This document shows positions 26,965 to 39,495 of a stretch of 64,000 bases of DNA, piece after piece. Position numbers and translations under genes: made by a program. How positions within the stretch are numbered: position 1 is the first letter of the stretch; each line of letters begins with the position of its first letter. The DNA is taken from assembly GCF_964355755.1 (NCBI RefSeq), contig NC_092670.1, positions 3,276,201 to 3,340,200 on the forward strand. The letters are read 5' to 3'. The notes below the pieces were generated by a model. The model was not told the origin of the DNA. It made no database searches and saw nothing but the letters and a program-made list of their open reading frames with translations. Source of the stretch: Antedon mediterranea (lineage: Eukaryota > Animalia > Echinodermata).

Positions 26965-27630
26965 ATGGATGCTGCATCTATGATAAGTGGGGCATCTTCG
27001 TCGTCTTCTTCGTCTGCCAGAGTTAGGGCATCAGCCAAGAAGGCAGCTATTAAAGTAAGATTAGCTAGGCTGCAGGAGATGGAGAAGACTGAAGCTGAAG
27101 AGTTAAGAGTTAAACAAAAGAAGAATAGAATTGAGCAGGAGACATTACTAGCTAAAGCAGAAGCAGAAGCAGAAGCTGAAGTTTATGAGGCCTTTGATAC
27201 AGGTAATGATTTAAATGGAGTAGGTGATTTACCTGCATCTGATGTATGGTGGCATCAAACAAGCATCCTCGATAAGCCGATTAATGATGATGCCACAGAA
27301 GCATTACTTCCTGATATAAGTCAAAGTACTCCACAAGATTCAAGAGCACCAATTACAGAATTGTTTACTTCCTTTTCCCAATTGGAAGGTATAAGTACAG
27401 AGAAATCACAAGAGCCAACACCAGTATGGCCTCAAAAGAAGAATGATGGTAAGGTTTCTGATAAACGTACAGAGCCACTTCATCAGAAACCAAAAGAGAA
27501 AATAAAACATTATATACCAATAGTTGAACACCAGAGTGACGTAATTAAGCAAGAGGCACCAGTGACGATTGCAAATGAATGTGACCTTGTGCATCGAAAA
27601 CAGCATTGGGCTGGATCCCATGGAGCATAG
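26965..27630 (+). pseudogene. N-terminal part of BEL gag, cut by the internal deletion
   Basis: SSSSSARVRASAKKAAIKVRLARLQEMEK..EAEAEAEVY coiled segment. No capsid motif or zinc knuckles follow. Confidence 0.65.
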
Positions 27631-30600
27631 TAAGACAGGGGTGACAGCTAATATAAAACCTGTAAGCAGAGTTCAGTTGCAAGCCATTCAAGAATATGAA
27701 CAGTTTAACAACATGGTAAAAGATTCTGTTAATATTGATTTCCCAGATAGAGCAACAGAGTTCGTAGGATTGTCCGTGGAAGACAGATCGTTTATGGAAA
27801 TGATGGATGGTGCGAGCAGTTTTGTGGACGGACATTATGTGTTACCTCTACCATGGCGAAGCCAGGGTACAGTCTTGCCGGATAATAGATGTTTGGCTAT
27901 GAAACGTTTTAATTCATTGGAAAGGAGATTTGAACGTGATCTTGAATTAAGAAAGATGTATAACAAAGCTGTAAATCAAATGGTAGAGAAAGGATACATG
28001 GAAGAAGTTATTAAGTCAAACACACCCGAAAGGAAAATGATATGGTACATACACCATCATCCTATATCCAACGAACGAAAGCCAGGAAAGATCAGAGTGG
28101 TCTTCGACTGTGCAGCAAAATGTAACGGTGTATCTCTGAACGATGTCCTTCTACAGGGGCCGGACCTAACCAATAGTCTAATTGGTGTGTTAATGAGGTT
28201 CCGGGAAGACCATGTAGCAGTAATGGCAGACATTGAAGGCATGTTTTTACAGGTAGTGGTTCCAGAGGAGGATCGAGATTCTTTAAGATTTTACTGGCGA
28301 CCCAGCGAAGAAGAGGATGTTAAAACTTACCGCATGACAAGACATTTGTTTGGAGCAACATCTTCACCAGCTTGTGCAAATAAAGCATTACTTAACACTG
28401 CAGCAGACAAGGGATCAAAGTATTGCCCAGAAGCAGCGGAGACCATGAAAAACAATTTTTATGTTGATGATTGTTTAGTGTCGGTGAAAGATCATAAGAA
28501 GGCCCTGACATTAGTCAAAGACCTAACATTAGTCAAAGACCTAACATTACTTTGTGAAGAAGGTGGATTCCGCTTAACTAAGTGGATGAGCAATGACAAG
28601 AGAGTCTTGAATGTAATTCCCAAGGAAGATCACGCACCGGAGGTTAAAAATCTAGACCTACGGAAAGATAAACTGCCATCGGGAAGAGCACTTGGTATAC
28701 AATGGTCTCCAGAACTTGACACTCTTAGATTTACTATATTACCAGCAGATAAAAGTCATACCAGACGAGGGGTGCTGTCAATTGTTAGCTCTGTATTTGA
28801 CCCACTTGGGTTAGTGGCTCCTTTTGTTTTACCGGCAAAGATTCTACTACAAGATATCTGTCAGAAGGGTCTTGAATGGGACGAGCCCATTGACGATGTG
28901 TCATTGCAACGATGGAAACGGTGGTTGCAAGACCTGGCGAGACTGGATGAGTGGAGTGTACCGAGGTGCTACAAATCTGAATTACCAACAGATGTCATTA
29001 GTCGCCAATTGCATGTGTTTGCTGATGCAAGCAACTATGGGTATGGTATGGCAGCTTATATCAGACAGGAGTCAAGTGATGGTCATGTACAAATGTCCCT
29101 GGTCATGGGTAGAAGCAGAGTTGCACCCTTGAAATACACTTCAATTCCAAGATTAGAATTAACAGCAGCAGTTATGGCTTCACGGTTAGCCAACACAATT
29201 ATTTCAGAGTTAAGTGGTATAGATAACGTTTTCTATTGGACAGATAGCCAAACCGTTTTGAAATATATACATAACACCTCTCGAAGATTCAAAGCCTTTG
29301 TAGCAAATCGAGTTTCTATCATTTTGAACATATCTAAGGCATCAGAATGGAGGTATGTTAGAACTTGTAATAACCCGGCTGATGAAGCATCGAGAGATCA
29401 ACGGATTGAGGAATTTCTAAGTAACACTAGATGGCGTAACGGACCAGAATTCCTCAGAGATAAATGTGAGCAGTGGATAGACTTACAAGCCAAGTCCTTA
29501 CCTCTTATCGCCGAGGATGACCCAGAAATCAAAGGGGTATCAAATGTATTAGTTCCAGCTTGTACTTCATGTTGTTTCTTAGATGATCTAATTACTAAGC
29601 ATTCATCTTATGGAAAAATTAAAAGAATTGTGGCATGGTTACTGGTTGCTGTTGAGAAACTATGCAAAAGGGTCACCAGTAAGCAACTAGGCAATGTTAG
29701 GTTGCAACACCTGAGATCAGCGGAATGTACAATTCTTGCACACGAACAGAGAGTTCATTTTAAACAGGAGTTAGAGGTACTTAAGAATCGTAATGACGAA
29801 TCTATTGGACGGGTGATGAGAAATAGCCCTCTTAAGAAACTTGATCCGTTGTTGTTAAATGGAATGATTACAGTGGGAGGAAGACTGAACAAAGCGTCTC
29901 TTCCCGACAAGATAAAGCATCCAGTAGTAGTACACAAGAATTCTCTTATTGCAAGATTAATCATAGTGGAAATACACAAAGAGGTTGGACACCTTGGTAG
30001 AAGTGCTATTTTATCACAACTTTGGCAAAGGTATTGGATCATTGGAGCAAGTTCCTTGATCAGAAGTGTTATAAGCAGATGTGTAGTTTGTCAGAAGCAC
30101 CGAGCTAGAGCTAGTGAACAGAAGATGGCATCACTGCCACCAGATAGAATTGTGAGCGATCATCCACCGTTCCACAATACGGGTATTGATCTATTTGGTC
30201 CATTTGAAATCAAATTAGGTCGTAGTCTTGTGAAGAGATATGGTGTTATTTTCACATGTTTATCTACCCGTGCCATTCACCTAGAAATGGCATATTCATT
30301 AACTACAAGCTCGTTCATCAATACTTTGAGAAGATTTATTGCCCGAAGAGGCCAAATCAAGAAACTTAGATCGGATAATGGTACAAATTTTGTGGGAGCC
30401 GACAAAGAGTTAAAGAAGGAGATTTCAGAATGGAACACTCAAGTCATACATATGTACTTGCAGCAAAGAGATATTGAATGGGAATTCAACCCTCCTGGAG
30501 CGTCTCATTTTGGTGGCGTCTGGGAACGCATGATACGAACTGTGCGCCAGGTTATGAAAGGAGTACTTAAAGAACAGAACCTGAAAATGGATGATGAGGG

Positions 30601-31087
30601 TCTCCAGACATTATTTTGCGAAGTGGAAATGATTGTAAACAATAGGCCAATAACTACCTTGTCAACCGATCCAAATGATTTTCGACCATTGACATCAGCC
30701 ATGTTGTTGACACAACGTGAACAATTGCCATTACCACCTGGTGTATTTGACAAACGTGATATTTATGCTCGTCGTTATTGGCGTCAAGTCCAATATTTGA
30801 GTAATCTTTTTTGGCAGAGATGGAGGAAGGAATATCTGCCTACTATGCAAGAGCGTCAGAAGTGGTTTAATCCTAAACGCAACTTGGAAATTGGAGATAT
30901 TGTGCTGGTAGTGGATAACAGTTTACCTAGGAACAGTTGGTTGCTTGGGCGGATAGTGGAGTCTAAAAGGGATAACAATGGACTTGTTAGATCATGCACA
31001 GTAAAAACTCAATTTTCCACCTTGAATCGTCCTATTGCAAAATTGTGTCTACTCGTAAAGGCAACTGAAGAATCAGGGGCAGAATAA
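27569..31087 (+). CDS. pol: BEL/Pao pol: RT, RNase H, integrase (protease missing)
   Basis: KIRVVFDCAAK, ADIEGMFLQV, FYVDD (RT); LHVFADAS, SIPRLEL, WTDS (RNase H); H..H..CVVC, GIDLFGP, SDNGTNF, GGVWERMI (integrase). Short in-frame duplication KDLTLV-KDLTLL. Confidence 0.93.
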   Translation: MQMNVTLCIENSIGLDPMEHSKTGVTANIKPVSRVQLQAIQEYEQFNNMVKDSVNIDFPDRATEFVGLSVEDRSFMEMMDGASSFVDGHYVLPLPWRSQGTVLPDNRCLAMKRFNSLERRFERDLELRKMYNKAVNQMVEKGYMEEVIKSNTPERKMIWYIHHHPISNERKPGKIRVVFDCAAKCNGVSLNDVLLQGPDLTNSLIGVLMRFREDHVAVMADIEGMFLQVVVPEEDRDSLRFYWRPSEEEDVKTYRMTRHLFGATSSPACANKALLNTAADKGSKYCPEAAETMKNNFYVDDCLVSVKDHKKALTLVKDLTLVKDLTLLCEEGGFRLTKWMSNDKRVLNVIPKEDHAPEVKNLDLRKDKLPSGRALGIQWSPELDTLRFTILPADKSHTRRGVLSIVSSVFDPLGLVAPFVLPAKILLQDICQKGLEWDEPIDDVSLQRWKRWLQDLARLDEWSVPRCYKSELPTDVISRQLHVFADASNYGYGMAAYIRQESSDGHVQMSLVMGRSRVAPLKYTSIPRLELTAAVMASRLANTIISELSGIDNVFYWTDSQTVLKYIHNTSRRFKAFVANRVSIILNISKASEWRYVRTCNNPADEASRDQRIEEFLSNTRWRNGPEFLRDKCEQWIDLQAKSLPLIAEDDPEIKGVSNVLVPACTSCCFLDDLITKHSSYGKIKRIVAWLLVAVEKLCKRVTSKQLGNVRLQHLRSAECTILAHEQRVHFKQELEVLKNRNDESIGRVMRNSPLKKLDPLLLNGMITVGGRLNKASLPDKIKHPVVVHKNSLIARLIIVEIHKEVGHLGRSAILSQLWQRYWIIGASSLIRSVISRCVVCQKHRARASEQKMASLPPDRIVSDHPPFHNTGIDLFGPFEIKLGRSLVKRYGVIFTCLSTRAIHLEMAYSLTTSSFINTLRRFIARRGQIKKLRSDNGTNFVGADKELKKEISEWNTQVIHMYLQQRDIEWEFNPPGASHFGGVWERMIRTVRQVMKGVLKEQNLKMDDEGLQTLFCEVEMIVNNRPITTLSTDPNDFRPLTSAMLLTQREQLPLPPGVFDKRDIYARRYWRQVQYLSNLFWQRWRKEYLPTMQERQKWFNPKRNLEIGDIVLVVDNSLPRNSWLLGRIVESKRDNNGLVRSCTVKTQFSTLNRPIAKLCLLVKATEESGAE

Positions 31088-31293
31088 ACCCATATGGCTA
31101 TGACCGGAGGGGCAGTCTACCCCCAAGGATGGTCAAATTGAATAATAAGCAACTATTATGCAGATCAAAGAGGACTTTATAATCGAAATTTAACAATGTT
31201 ATTATAGACAAGGTTTAAACTGTTTATATCTGTATAATCATGGTTTTAATCATTAGAGCTAAGTAATTGTAATGTATTAAATTAAGGGGCCGG

Positions 31294-32000
31294 TATAGCG
31301 TTCCCATTGAACTGAGCTAGTGAGGGCGCTAGGCTGGTTGTCTTGGAGAAGTATCATGGCGGCCTTCATGTATGCAGCGTGGTTGTGCCTTGCCCTTTAG
31401 TCAAGTTTGTTAAAGATATTATTTAGAAATTGTAGATTCGTAAAGGTTTTCTATTGAGCCACAAAACTTCGGTGAGCTTTGGAGTTATAATTATATTATC
31501 TTGTTATTGAATGTTAATGTTATTAGTTGAATTTTGTAAGCCTAGCTAAAGTAATAGCCCTAAATTACAGCCTACGACGGCGTGTTACTGTTGTTTACAG
31601 TACTGTGTTTTGCTAGTGCAGAGATTAGGGCCTAGTTGTGACGGGTCCATTTGATTATTGTATGTTGTTTGAATAATAATACTGTATAAGGAAATTGCTA
31701 TACTTAATGTATATTGTATTGATAAGGACTTAGAATTATTAATTTGTTGATGTTGCTAAAGCACGGGTGCTGCCCAAATTTTCATTGATTGATGTTTAAT
31801 TATTGTTTTCTCGTATTTAGTGAATCCCTTCCTCGAGATACGAAGTGACAGCGATATTGTATGCATGTTAAGAGCAAGATAATCAGGATTAAAGTTATAT
31901 TTTGTTTCTCTCAACCAAGTTTGTCCTGTTTGTTTGTATCATACTTGCGATTGATTCCGTTGGTGGCGCTCTATAGTTTTAAGAAATTACGAACTCTACA
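31294..32000 (+). repeat. 3' LTR of the BEL element (707 bp)
   Basis: tatagcgttccc...gaactctaca, preceded by the PPT and followed by TSD atgcg. Confidence 0.92.
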
Positions 32001-32649
32001 ATGCGTTAAATATAAATGGATTCCACAGAGTTTTTAGCCCTCTAATTAATTTTGCTCTTTTGGCGTTCCATAGAAACCAAAATATTGAACATTGAGTGTG
32101 CGAAATGCGAGAAAAACAACGTCTGTAAAATCACCAATTTAATGGATTTATTGTTACTTTTATGTGATTTTTCTTCATTAAAGTAGGCCTACTAATTCTA
32201 AGCTGTGGTATTCAGGATAAAGCCTTGGTTAAATTACAAGGCAGGTGCAAAAGGAAACTAGCATAGCGGGCCTAGGCCTAGGCTACTTCAATTTCGGTGA
32301 TTTCCTGCCTTGCAATTTTGAGAAATGATAAAATGATGCCTCGCATTTTTTGATAATGGTAAAACGATGCCTCGCATAAATTTCTGACTTGCCTCGCATG
32401 CCTTCCCTGCCTCGCGTGCCTCGCACTTTGTTACTACCCATTTTTTTCGAGCTATTCTTGAGATAATCTAGGACTAACTTTCTTAAACCTACCCCTTGGG
32501 TGGACTATCTTTTGCCGGTTTTAGTCCAGGTTTAGTCCAGGACTAAAGTTAGTCCCCTTTCATGAATGCCATTTCAAAATAGTCCAGGACTAAATCCAGA
32601 GATAATCCAGGACTAAAGTTAGTCCCCTTTCATGAATACGGGCCAATGA

Positions 32650-34480
32650 GTTTGTGCAGTGCTGGTATCACACCCGGTTTGGCAAGGCAGCACGTAGGTC
32701 GCCATGCAGTTTCCCAACTTCGGAAAACTCCAAAGCCGGCGAATAACTGCGACGAATTCGTTCGGCACCGTTTCTGATAGTCGCTTATTTCACATTTATG
32801 ATAGAGATACTGGACTAACATTTTTAGTAGATACGGGAGCCGAGATTAGCGTCCTTGCGAAAAAGTGACTGTTTTGCAAGCAGTTTTAAAACAACTTTCA
32901 AATCAACACGTATGGTGAACGATCTTTAACACTTGATTTTGGTTTTAGACGGACATGCAGATGGGTGTTTACTATAGCCGATGTTCCTTCAGCAATTATA
33001 GACGCAGACTTTCTGCAACATTTTGGTTTGTTGGTCGATGTTAAACACCGCAAGTTAATTGATTCTACTACTAATTTAAGTGTGCAGGGTACTGCATCTA
33101 AGCTCTGCTCGCTTAGTCCTGGTTTGCCTCGACATGTGATTGATTCACGTTATGAATCAATACTAGGCAAATACTTCCCCAAAATCACACGTCCGAGTTT
33201 CAAAGAGGCCAAACTAAAGCATGTCACTCATTTTTTTTTTTTATCTTATGTGGGTTCATCCCACTTTTATTTCCATGTCACTCATTGTATAACTACCAAA
33301 GGTCCATCGATCGCTGCCCGACCTCGGAGATTGGCTCCACAGAAACTTAAAATCGCACGAGCTGAGTTTGACCATATGCTTCAGCTGGGCATTATTCAAC
33401 CGTCAAAAAGTTGCTGGTCATCGCCGCTTCACATGGTTGCAAAGCAAATAGAAGGTGATTGGAGACCACGTGGAGACTACAGAGCCCTCAATAATGCTAC
33501 AGTTCCGGATAGATATCCAATCCCTCATATTCACTATTTCACAGCTACGCTTCAGGGAAAGAAAGTTTTCTCTAATATTGACCTGGTACGAGCCTACCAC
33601 CAGACACCAGTTGCACTAGAAGATGTGCCGAAAACCGCAATAACGACATCATTTGGGATGTTCGAATTTTGAAGAATGCCGTTTGGACTTAGAAACGCAG
33701 CACAGACATTCCAGCGGTTCATCGATAAAGTTTTACGTGGTTTGGATTTTGTATACGCATACATCGACGATCTTCTCATAGCCAGCAGTGACGAACAAGA
33801 ACACGAAATTCACCTCAAGTTGTTATTCGACCGTCTTGAAGAATTTGGTATTTTAGTTAATCCTGTCAAATGTGAATGGGGAGTTTCGTCTTTGACATTT
33901 CTGGGACATCATATCGACGACATGGGTATCCGACCACTACGTTCCAAGATAGAAGCTATCGAAACATTTCCTGTACCCGACACAGTCCGTAAACTGCATG
34001 AATTCTTAGGATTAATCAACTTCTACAGGCGTTTTATTCCTCGATGTTCAGATATAGTTCATCCGTTGACTGATTTACTGGCAGGTAAACCTCGAAAATC
34101 AATTACATTACCACCGACGGCGATAACGGCCTTTGAGGCTGTTAAGGTAGCACTTGCAGAGGCAACTTATTTGGAGCATCCCGATTCATCCGCCACATTA
34201 TGTTTAATGGTTGATGCATCTAACTTTGCGGTTGGTGGTGTGCTACAACAGATGGTAAAAGACGTCTGGCATCCTATCGCATTCTTCTCGCGCAGAATGA
34301 ATCCAGCTGAAAGAAGGTACAGCACATTCGGACGAGAACTGTTAGCCGCTTACCTTGCTATCCGACATTTTCGTCATTTGCTTGAAGCAAGAGAATTTTT
34401 CATCCTTACAGATCACAAACCGCTCACAATTGCACTGAAAGCAAGCTCCGACCGCTACTCACCTCGAGAGATTCGTCACC
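32650..34480 (+). pseudogene. Ty3/Gypsy gag end, protease, RT and RNase H, decayed
   Basis: CWYHTRFG (gag end), FLVDTGAEISV (protease, about 32820), DYRALN, MPFGLRNA, YIDD (RT), VDAS, RELLA, TDHKPL (RNase H). In-frame TGA at 33670-33672 and upstream frameshifts. Confidence 0.9.
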
Positions 34481-34621
34481 GTAATAATCACTTGTTGTTG
34501 CTATACGCTTGGGTACGATACGATTCTTTCCTAGGCCTAGGATTCACGTGATTGCCTTGGCGCACTCTTCACACACACACACTACCACTATGCAAAATGT
34601 GTCGACAGCTAGGCAAGACAC

Positions 34622-35561
34622 TAGACTTGCCCCAAGTCTGTATTATCTTATTTGTTTTTATTTCGACCGCGATTTTTGTCTGAAAATACAGACTTGTGAA
34701 ACACGTATAGAAATCGATTTGCAGACCGCAAACATACGATAAGAATGACGTAGGTTATCATACCGTATTTGGCTATATGGGGCGGGCGGTATGTAAATAT
34801 GGATTTCGAATCAACCAATGATCATTTTGTTTCAAAATGAAAGAGATCGAGTACGTAGTAGGCCTACCAGTGCTTAATGTACGATCGAGACTGTTGAAAT
34901 ATAAAATAGTAATGCCAAGTTGTTTTGTTTATTAATTGTTTAGTCCTTGGCCTAGGCCTCTTTCGTAAGTCCTACTCAACTCGCACGTATGACCTGCCAA
35001 ATAAAACGCCAATGAAGTAGGCCTACATACCACCGGCACACAACAGGGCTACACCACTACACAGAACAGGACAGGGTCTGGGTGGGAATTAAATCAAAAT
35101 TATCTCCGCGTAATAAATGATCCATTCAATGTTTGATTTGCGGAGAAGCTAGCCTATCATATATCAAGACGAGATGTTTCAAAGATCCCATCAAATGTTA
35201 ACCAGACTACTAGGCATATAAAATAATTTCTAGCCTTCAGAACTTTCATAAATGTACCCAAGTACACATTGTCTAAACGTAACATAGCGCATGCGCATCA
35301 TCTTAGTTGTTGAGTCTTTGAAATTCTGAAATATGAATATTTAAACCGTGTACGAGAGAGTAGCCAATCGCATGCAGCTGAAACTAGTCAACCGGATAAT
35401 CGTATGCACCAAGAATTCTTGGTGTCAAACCACGTGACTTGTGCGTGTTTCCCCAGACGGAGTATCCAAAATCAAGTAGTATACGTATGAAACGCCATAT
35501 GTGCCAAAATATTTATCTTTTAACTAATATTAAGACAAAACTCCGTCTGGAACCCAGACTA
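34622..35561. mobile_element. Non-autonomous element with TAG..CTA termini and 9-10 bp TSD (AcademH-like)
   Basis: Ends tagacttg... and ...cccagacta; direct repeat ggcaagacac at 34612-34621 and 35562-35571. Confidence 0.55.
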
Positions 35562-36105
35562 GGCAAGACACATTCAACTAAGTATTAGTAGTATTGGTCA
35601 TAGCCCAAAAAAAGTTTAGACACACGAGAATAAAGCTAATGTGTATAATTTTGTGTACTGTAATTTTTCAATTCTGTTATTTTATTATCAAACAATATGC
35701 ATGTACTCAAAGGAACTTTAAAAATACGCGTATATGAACACGAGAATAAATTTTGTGTAATGTAATTGTTTAATTTTGCTGACTTATTACTCGGAGTACA
35801 TAACACACACACACACACACAGACAGACTACTAGAATAGACACGAGCTTTAGAGACTAATAATTAGGCCTAATAGTATTAATAGAAACTATAATTTTAAC
35901 ACGTAATTCTTTAGTAATAAATTCTTTTAAAAAAAAAAAAAACTAAAGACAGATTATTTCGACAATCCAAACAAAACGCCGCTATTCTTTTATGAAATCG
36001 CACGCCGCAAACACAGTGGAGAATCGCCTAGGCCTAGAATCGTATCGCAGTTGTTCTTGTTGCTATACGCTTGGGTGCACACGGAGCAAGAAAATTTAAC
36101 TGATG

Positions 36106-37415
36106 AGCCTGGGTGCAGAACAATTATTATACACATTTGCGGGAAAAAAGTATAGGAAAATTTTTTTTTGGTTTTTCTAATAGAGTATACTATATGGAAT
36201 GTCAGAAAAAAAATCCCCATCCCAGGGTCTTGGGGAAAATTTTTTATGGGACTTTTAAATTTTGGCCTATATAACACACACAAATTCCTATTAACATACA
36301 CAAATACCTATATATAGGGGATAGGGAAAATCAATTAACAGTTTTTGTTACTTGCAGTTGTGTTTTAATGATTAAAATTAGTAGAGGCTTACTTTAATAA
36401 CTACTTCTCATAGTAGTTGATGAATCAAGTCGATACGATGACATCATCATGCCAGAATCCAATATGGCGTCCAATTTGGCGGGGAAAACAGGGTATTGCT
36501 AAACCCCCGCAAACCCATGGAAACCTAAAAAAAAACATAGAAAACCCCACCGAACCGACATAAAAGTGATTGAATCATGGAGTGTACGCCCCACTGGGTA
36601 TGTCCATGTAAAAAAAAATTAAAATTTCTACTGTTAACTACTTATTTTTGGGATAAAACGTCATTTTTTGGTTAAAAATTAGCAATCATTTTTTTTACCA
36701 AAAAATGATGTTTTACCCCAAAAATAAGTACCGTAGTTAACAGTAGAAATTTTATTTTTTTAAAACATGGATATACCCAGTGGGTCGTACACTACATGAT
36801 TCAATCACTTTTATTATGTTGGTTCGGTGGGGTTTGCTATGTTTTTTTGGAGGTTTGCAGGGTTTAGCAATCATTTTTGACCAAAAAATGAAGTTTTACC
36901 CCAAAAATAAGTAGTTAACAGTAGAAATTAAATTTTTTTTTTTTTACATGGATATACCCAGTGGGTCATACACTCCATGATTCAATCACTTTTATGTTGG
37001 TTCGGTGGGGGGTTGCTATGTTATTTTGGAGGTTTCCAGGGCCGGGTTTGCGGGGGTTTAGCAATACCCTGTTTTTTCCGCCAAATTGGACGCCATATTG
37101 GATTCTGGCATGATGATGTCATTGTTATCGACTCGATTTATCAACTACTAGGCCTATGAGAAGTAGTTATTAAAGTAAGCCTCAGCTAATTTTAATCATC
37201 ATAACACAACTCCAAGTTAAAAAAAACGTGAATTGGTTTTCCCTATCCCCTATATATAGGTATTTGTGTGTGTTATATAGGCCAAAATTTAAAAGTTCCG
37301 TAAAAAATTTTCTCCAAGACCCTGGGATGGGGATTTTTTTTCTGACATTCTATATGGTATACTCTATCAGAAAAAAAAGAAAAAAATTTTCCTAAATTTG
37401 TACTGCACCCAGGCT
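36106..37415. mobile_element. 1.3-kb palindromic (foldback) MITE
   Basis: agcctgggtgcag...ctgcacccaggct; arms are complementary nearly to the centre, with an internal duplication of about 190 bp. No TSD; about 15 bp of the target is missing. Confidence 0.8.
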
Positions 37416-37469
37416 TTTGTGACGTTTCATGAGGGGGTCCCCAACTTATGTACGAAAAAAAAATTCGCG

Positions 37470-39495
37470 TTATAGCAACAAGAAGTGATTACACAACAAG
37501 TGCGGTACGATTTCTAGGCCTACTACCTCCGCTGTGGTTGCCGCGTGCGATTTCATGAATAGAATAGCGGCGTTTTGTGTGGATTGTCGAAATAATCAGC
37601 CTTTAGTTTATGGTGTTTTTAATATAATGTATTACTAAAGAATTGCGTGTTAAAATTATAGTTTCTATTGATACTATTAGGCCTAATTACTAGTCTCTAA
37701 GCCCCTGTATATTCTAGTAGTAGTAGTAGCTGTGTGGGTGTGTGTGACGTAGGTATACAAAAATACATTTTTTATTCTCGTGGGTCTAATCTTCCCATCT
37801 CATGTGCATATACGCGCATTTTTAAAGTTCCTTTGAGTACATGCATATTGTTTGATAATTAAAAAATTACAGTACACAAATTATACACATTCTTTATTCT
37901 TATGTGGGTCTAAGCTTTCTATGGGCTATATCTAATTACTACTTAGTTGAATGTCTTGCCTAGCTGTTGATTAGCCTCGACACATTTTGCATAGTGGACG
38001 TGTGTGTGAAGAAGAGTGCGCGAATATGGAAGGCAATCGCCGCCAAAAATACAAAAGTAAAACAAACAACGTACTTTCACAAACGAACAACGTACTTTCA
38101 CAAACGAACGATCTAAACTAAAACAAAGAACGTGCTTTTACAAACGAACAACCTACTTTCACAAACAAACAACCTACTTTCACAAACGAACGATCTACTT
38201 TCACAAACGAATGAACTAATGTAAAATAAACAACGTACTTTAAAAAACGAACAACGTACTTTAAAAAACGAACAACGTACTTTTACGCGAACAAAGTACT
38301 TTTACGCGAACAACGTATTTTTTACAAACGAACAACGTACATTGATAAACGAACAACCTGCTTTACCAAACGATGTAGATTGCAGAATGAACTATGGACT
38401 CGTCCATTTTTTAAGTCGGGTATAAAAATACCACATGACCTGAGGAAAATAAAATGTTGTTAATAGTGAGCTCTCTATTTTGTGTCTAAGAATATAGAGT
38501 ATACACTATATAACTACATACAGTGTAGCATAGGTAAAATTATGGGACCCGCCTTTATTTTAATTTTTATCATGATGACGTCATCAAAATGAACACGAAG
38601 ATAGCAATTTTGGAAGGAATTTATCTGAGCAACAACATATTAACGTGTAGAAGAATTTGGATGCGTAGAATATAGATGCGCGCTATATATTTTAAATGAA
38701 CTATGACGCAAAAGATAAAAATACGACTTTTATAATTCAACTGGCCATAAAATGATGTCACAACATCCGATACGCAACATTTTTACATGAATTCGTATCT
38801 AGAATTCAACATCTAGAATTCAACATCTTCCAGAAAACATTTCATGAGGGTCACTTTTCCTCCATTTGTCAGGATGAGTTTTGCTTACGCGCGCAAGATA
38901 CAGGCTGCTCGCTTTGAGATCCCTCTAAGGCATATCCTCTTATCGGAACTTTTGCAATTACCCGACTTAAAAAATGGACGAGTCCTTAGTTCATTCGGCA
39001 ATCTACATCGTTTGGTAAAGCAGGTTGTTCGTTTATCAATGTACGTTGTCCGTTTGTAAAAAATACGTTGTTCGCGTAAAAGTAGGTTGTTCGTTTTTTA
39101 AAGTACGTTGTTTGTTTTAAATTTGTTCGTTCGTTTGTGAAAGTAGGTTGTTCGTTTGTAAAAGTACGTTCTTTGTTTTAATTTAGATCGTTCGTTTGTG
39201 AAAGTAGGTTGTTCGTTTGTGAAAGTAGGTTGTTCGTTTGTGAAAGTACGTTGTTTTTTTTACTTTTGTATTTTTGGCGGCGATTGCCTTCCATACGCGA
39301 AGGCAATCACGTGAATTGACCTAGAATCCTAGGCCTATTATTGTAGAAGAATCGTATCGCAGTTGTGTAATCACTTCGTGTTGCTATAACGCTTGGGTGC
39401 ACACGGAACAACAAATTTAACTGATGAATTATTCATGTTTATTTTGTGACGTTTCATGAGGGGTCCCCAACTTATGTACGAAAAAAAAAATCGCG
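37470..39495 (+). mobile_element. Family X TIR element, copy 3 (left tip missing)
   Basis: Aligns with 2700-3320 and 4350-4533. Reads gtgaattgacctagaatcc where copy 1 carries the gag fragment. Confidence 0.75.
38025..39295. mobile_element. Non-autonomous IS3EU-like element with 340-400 bp TIRs built from subrepeats of about 21 bp
   Basis: Termini tatggaaggcaatcgcc / ggcgattgccttccata (TAY..RTA), 6-bp TSD cgcgaa at 38019-38024 and 39296-39301. Confidence 0.7.

Larger units (their letters stand above)
20198..32000 (+). mobile_element. BEL/Pao LTR retrotransposon, internally deleted, with an interrupted 5' LTR
   Basis: 5' LTR 20198-20638 plus 26662-26934; 3' LTR 31294-32000; only a few differences by eye. 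5-bp TSD atgcg; PPT aaggggccgg at about 31284-31293; RT-RNaseH-integrase ORF. Confidence 0.93.
18808..32265. mobile_element. Old long-TIR MITE split by the BEL provirus
   Basis: 18808-19055 and 32019-32265 are diverged inverted repeats (e.g. ttctatggagcgccaaaagagcaa / ttgctcttttggcgttccatagaa). Confidence 0.6.
34482..37469 (-). mobile_element. Family X TIR element, copy 2 (inverted), interrupted twice
   Basis: 35562-36105 is the reverse complement of about 2660-3255. TIR tip at 37416-37469. Confidence 0.7.

Noticed and set aside
36095-36125. Second hammerhead candidate (ctgatgag...)
   Set aside because: CTGATGA arises at the family X / palindrome junction; no stem II followed by GAAA.
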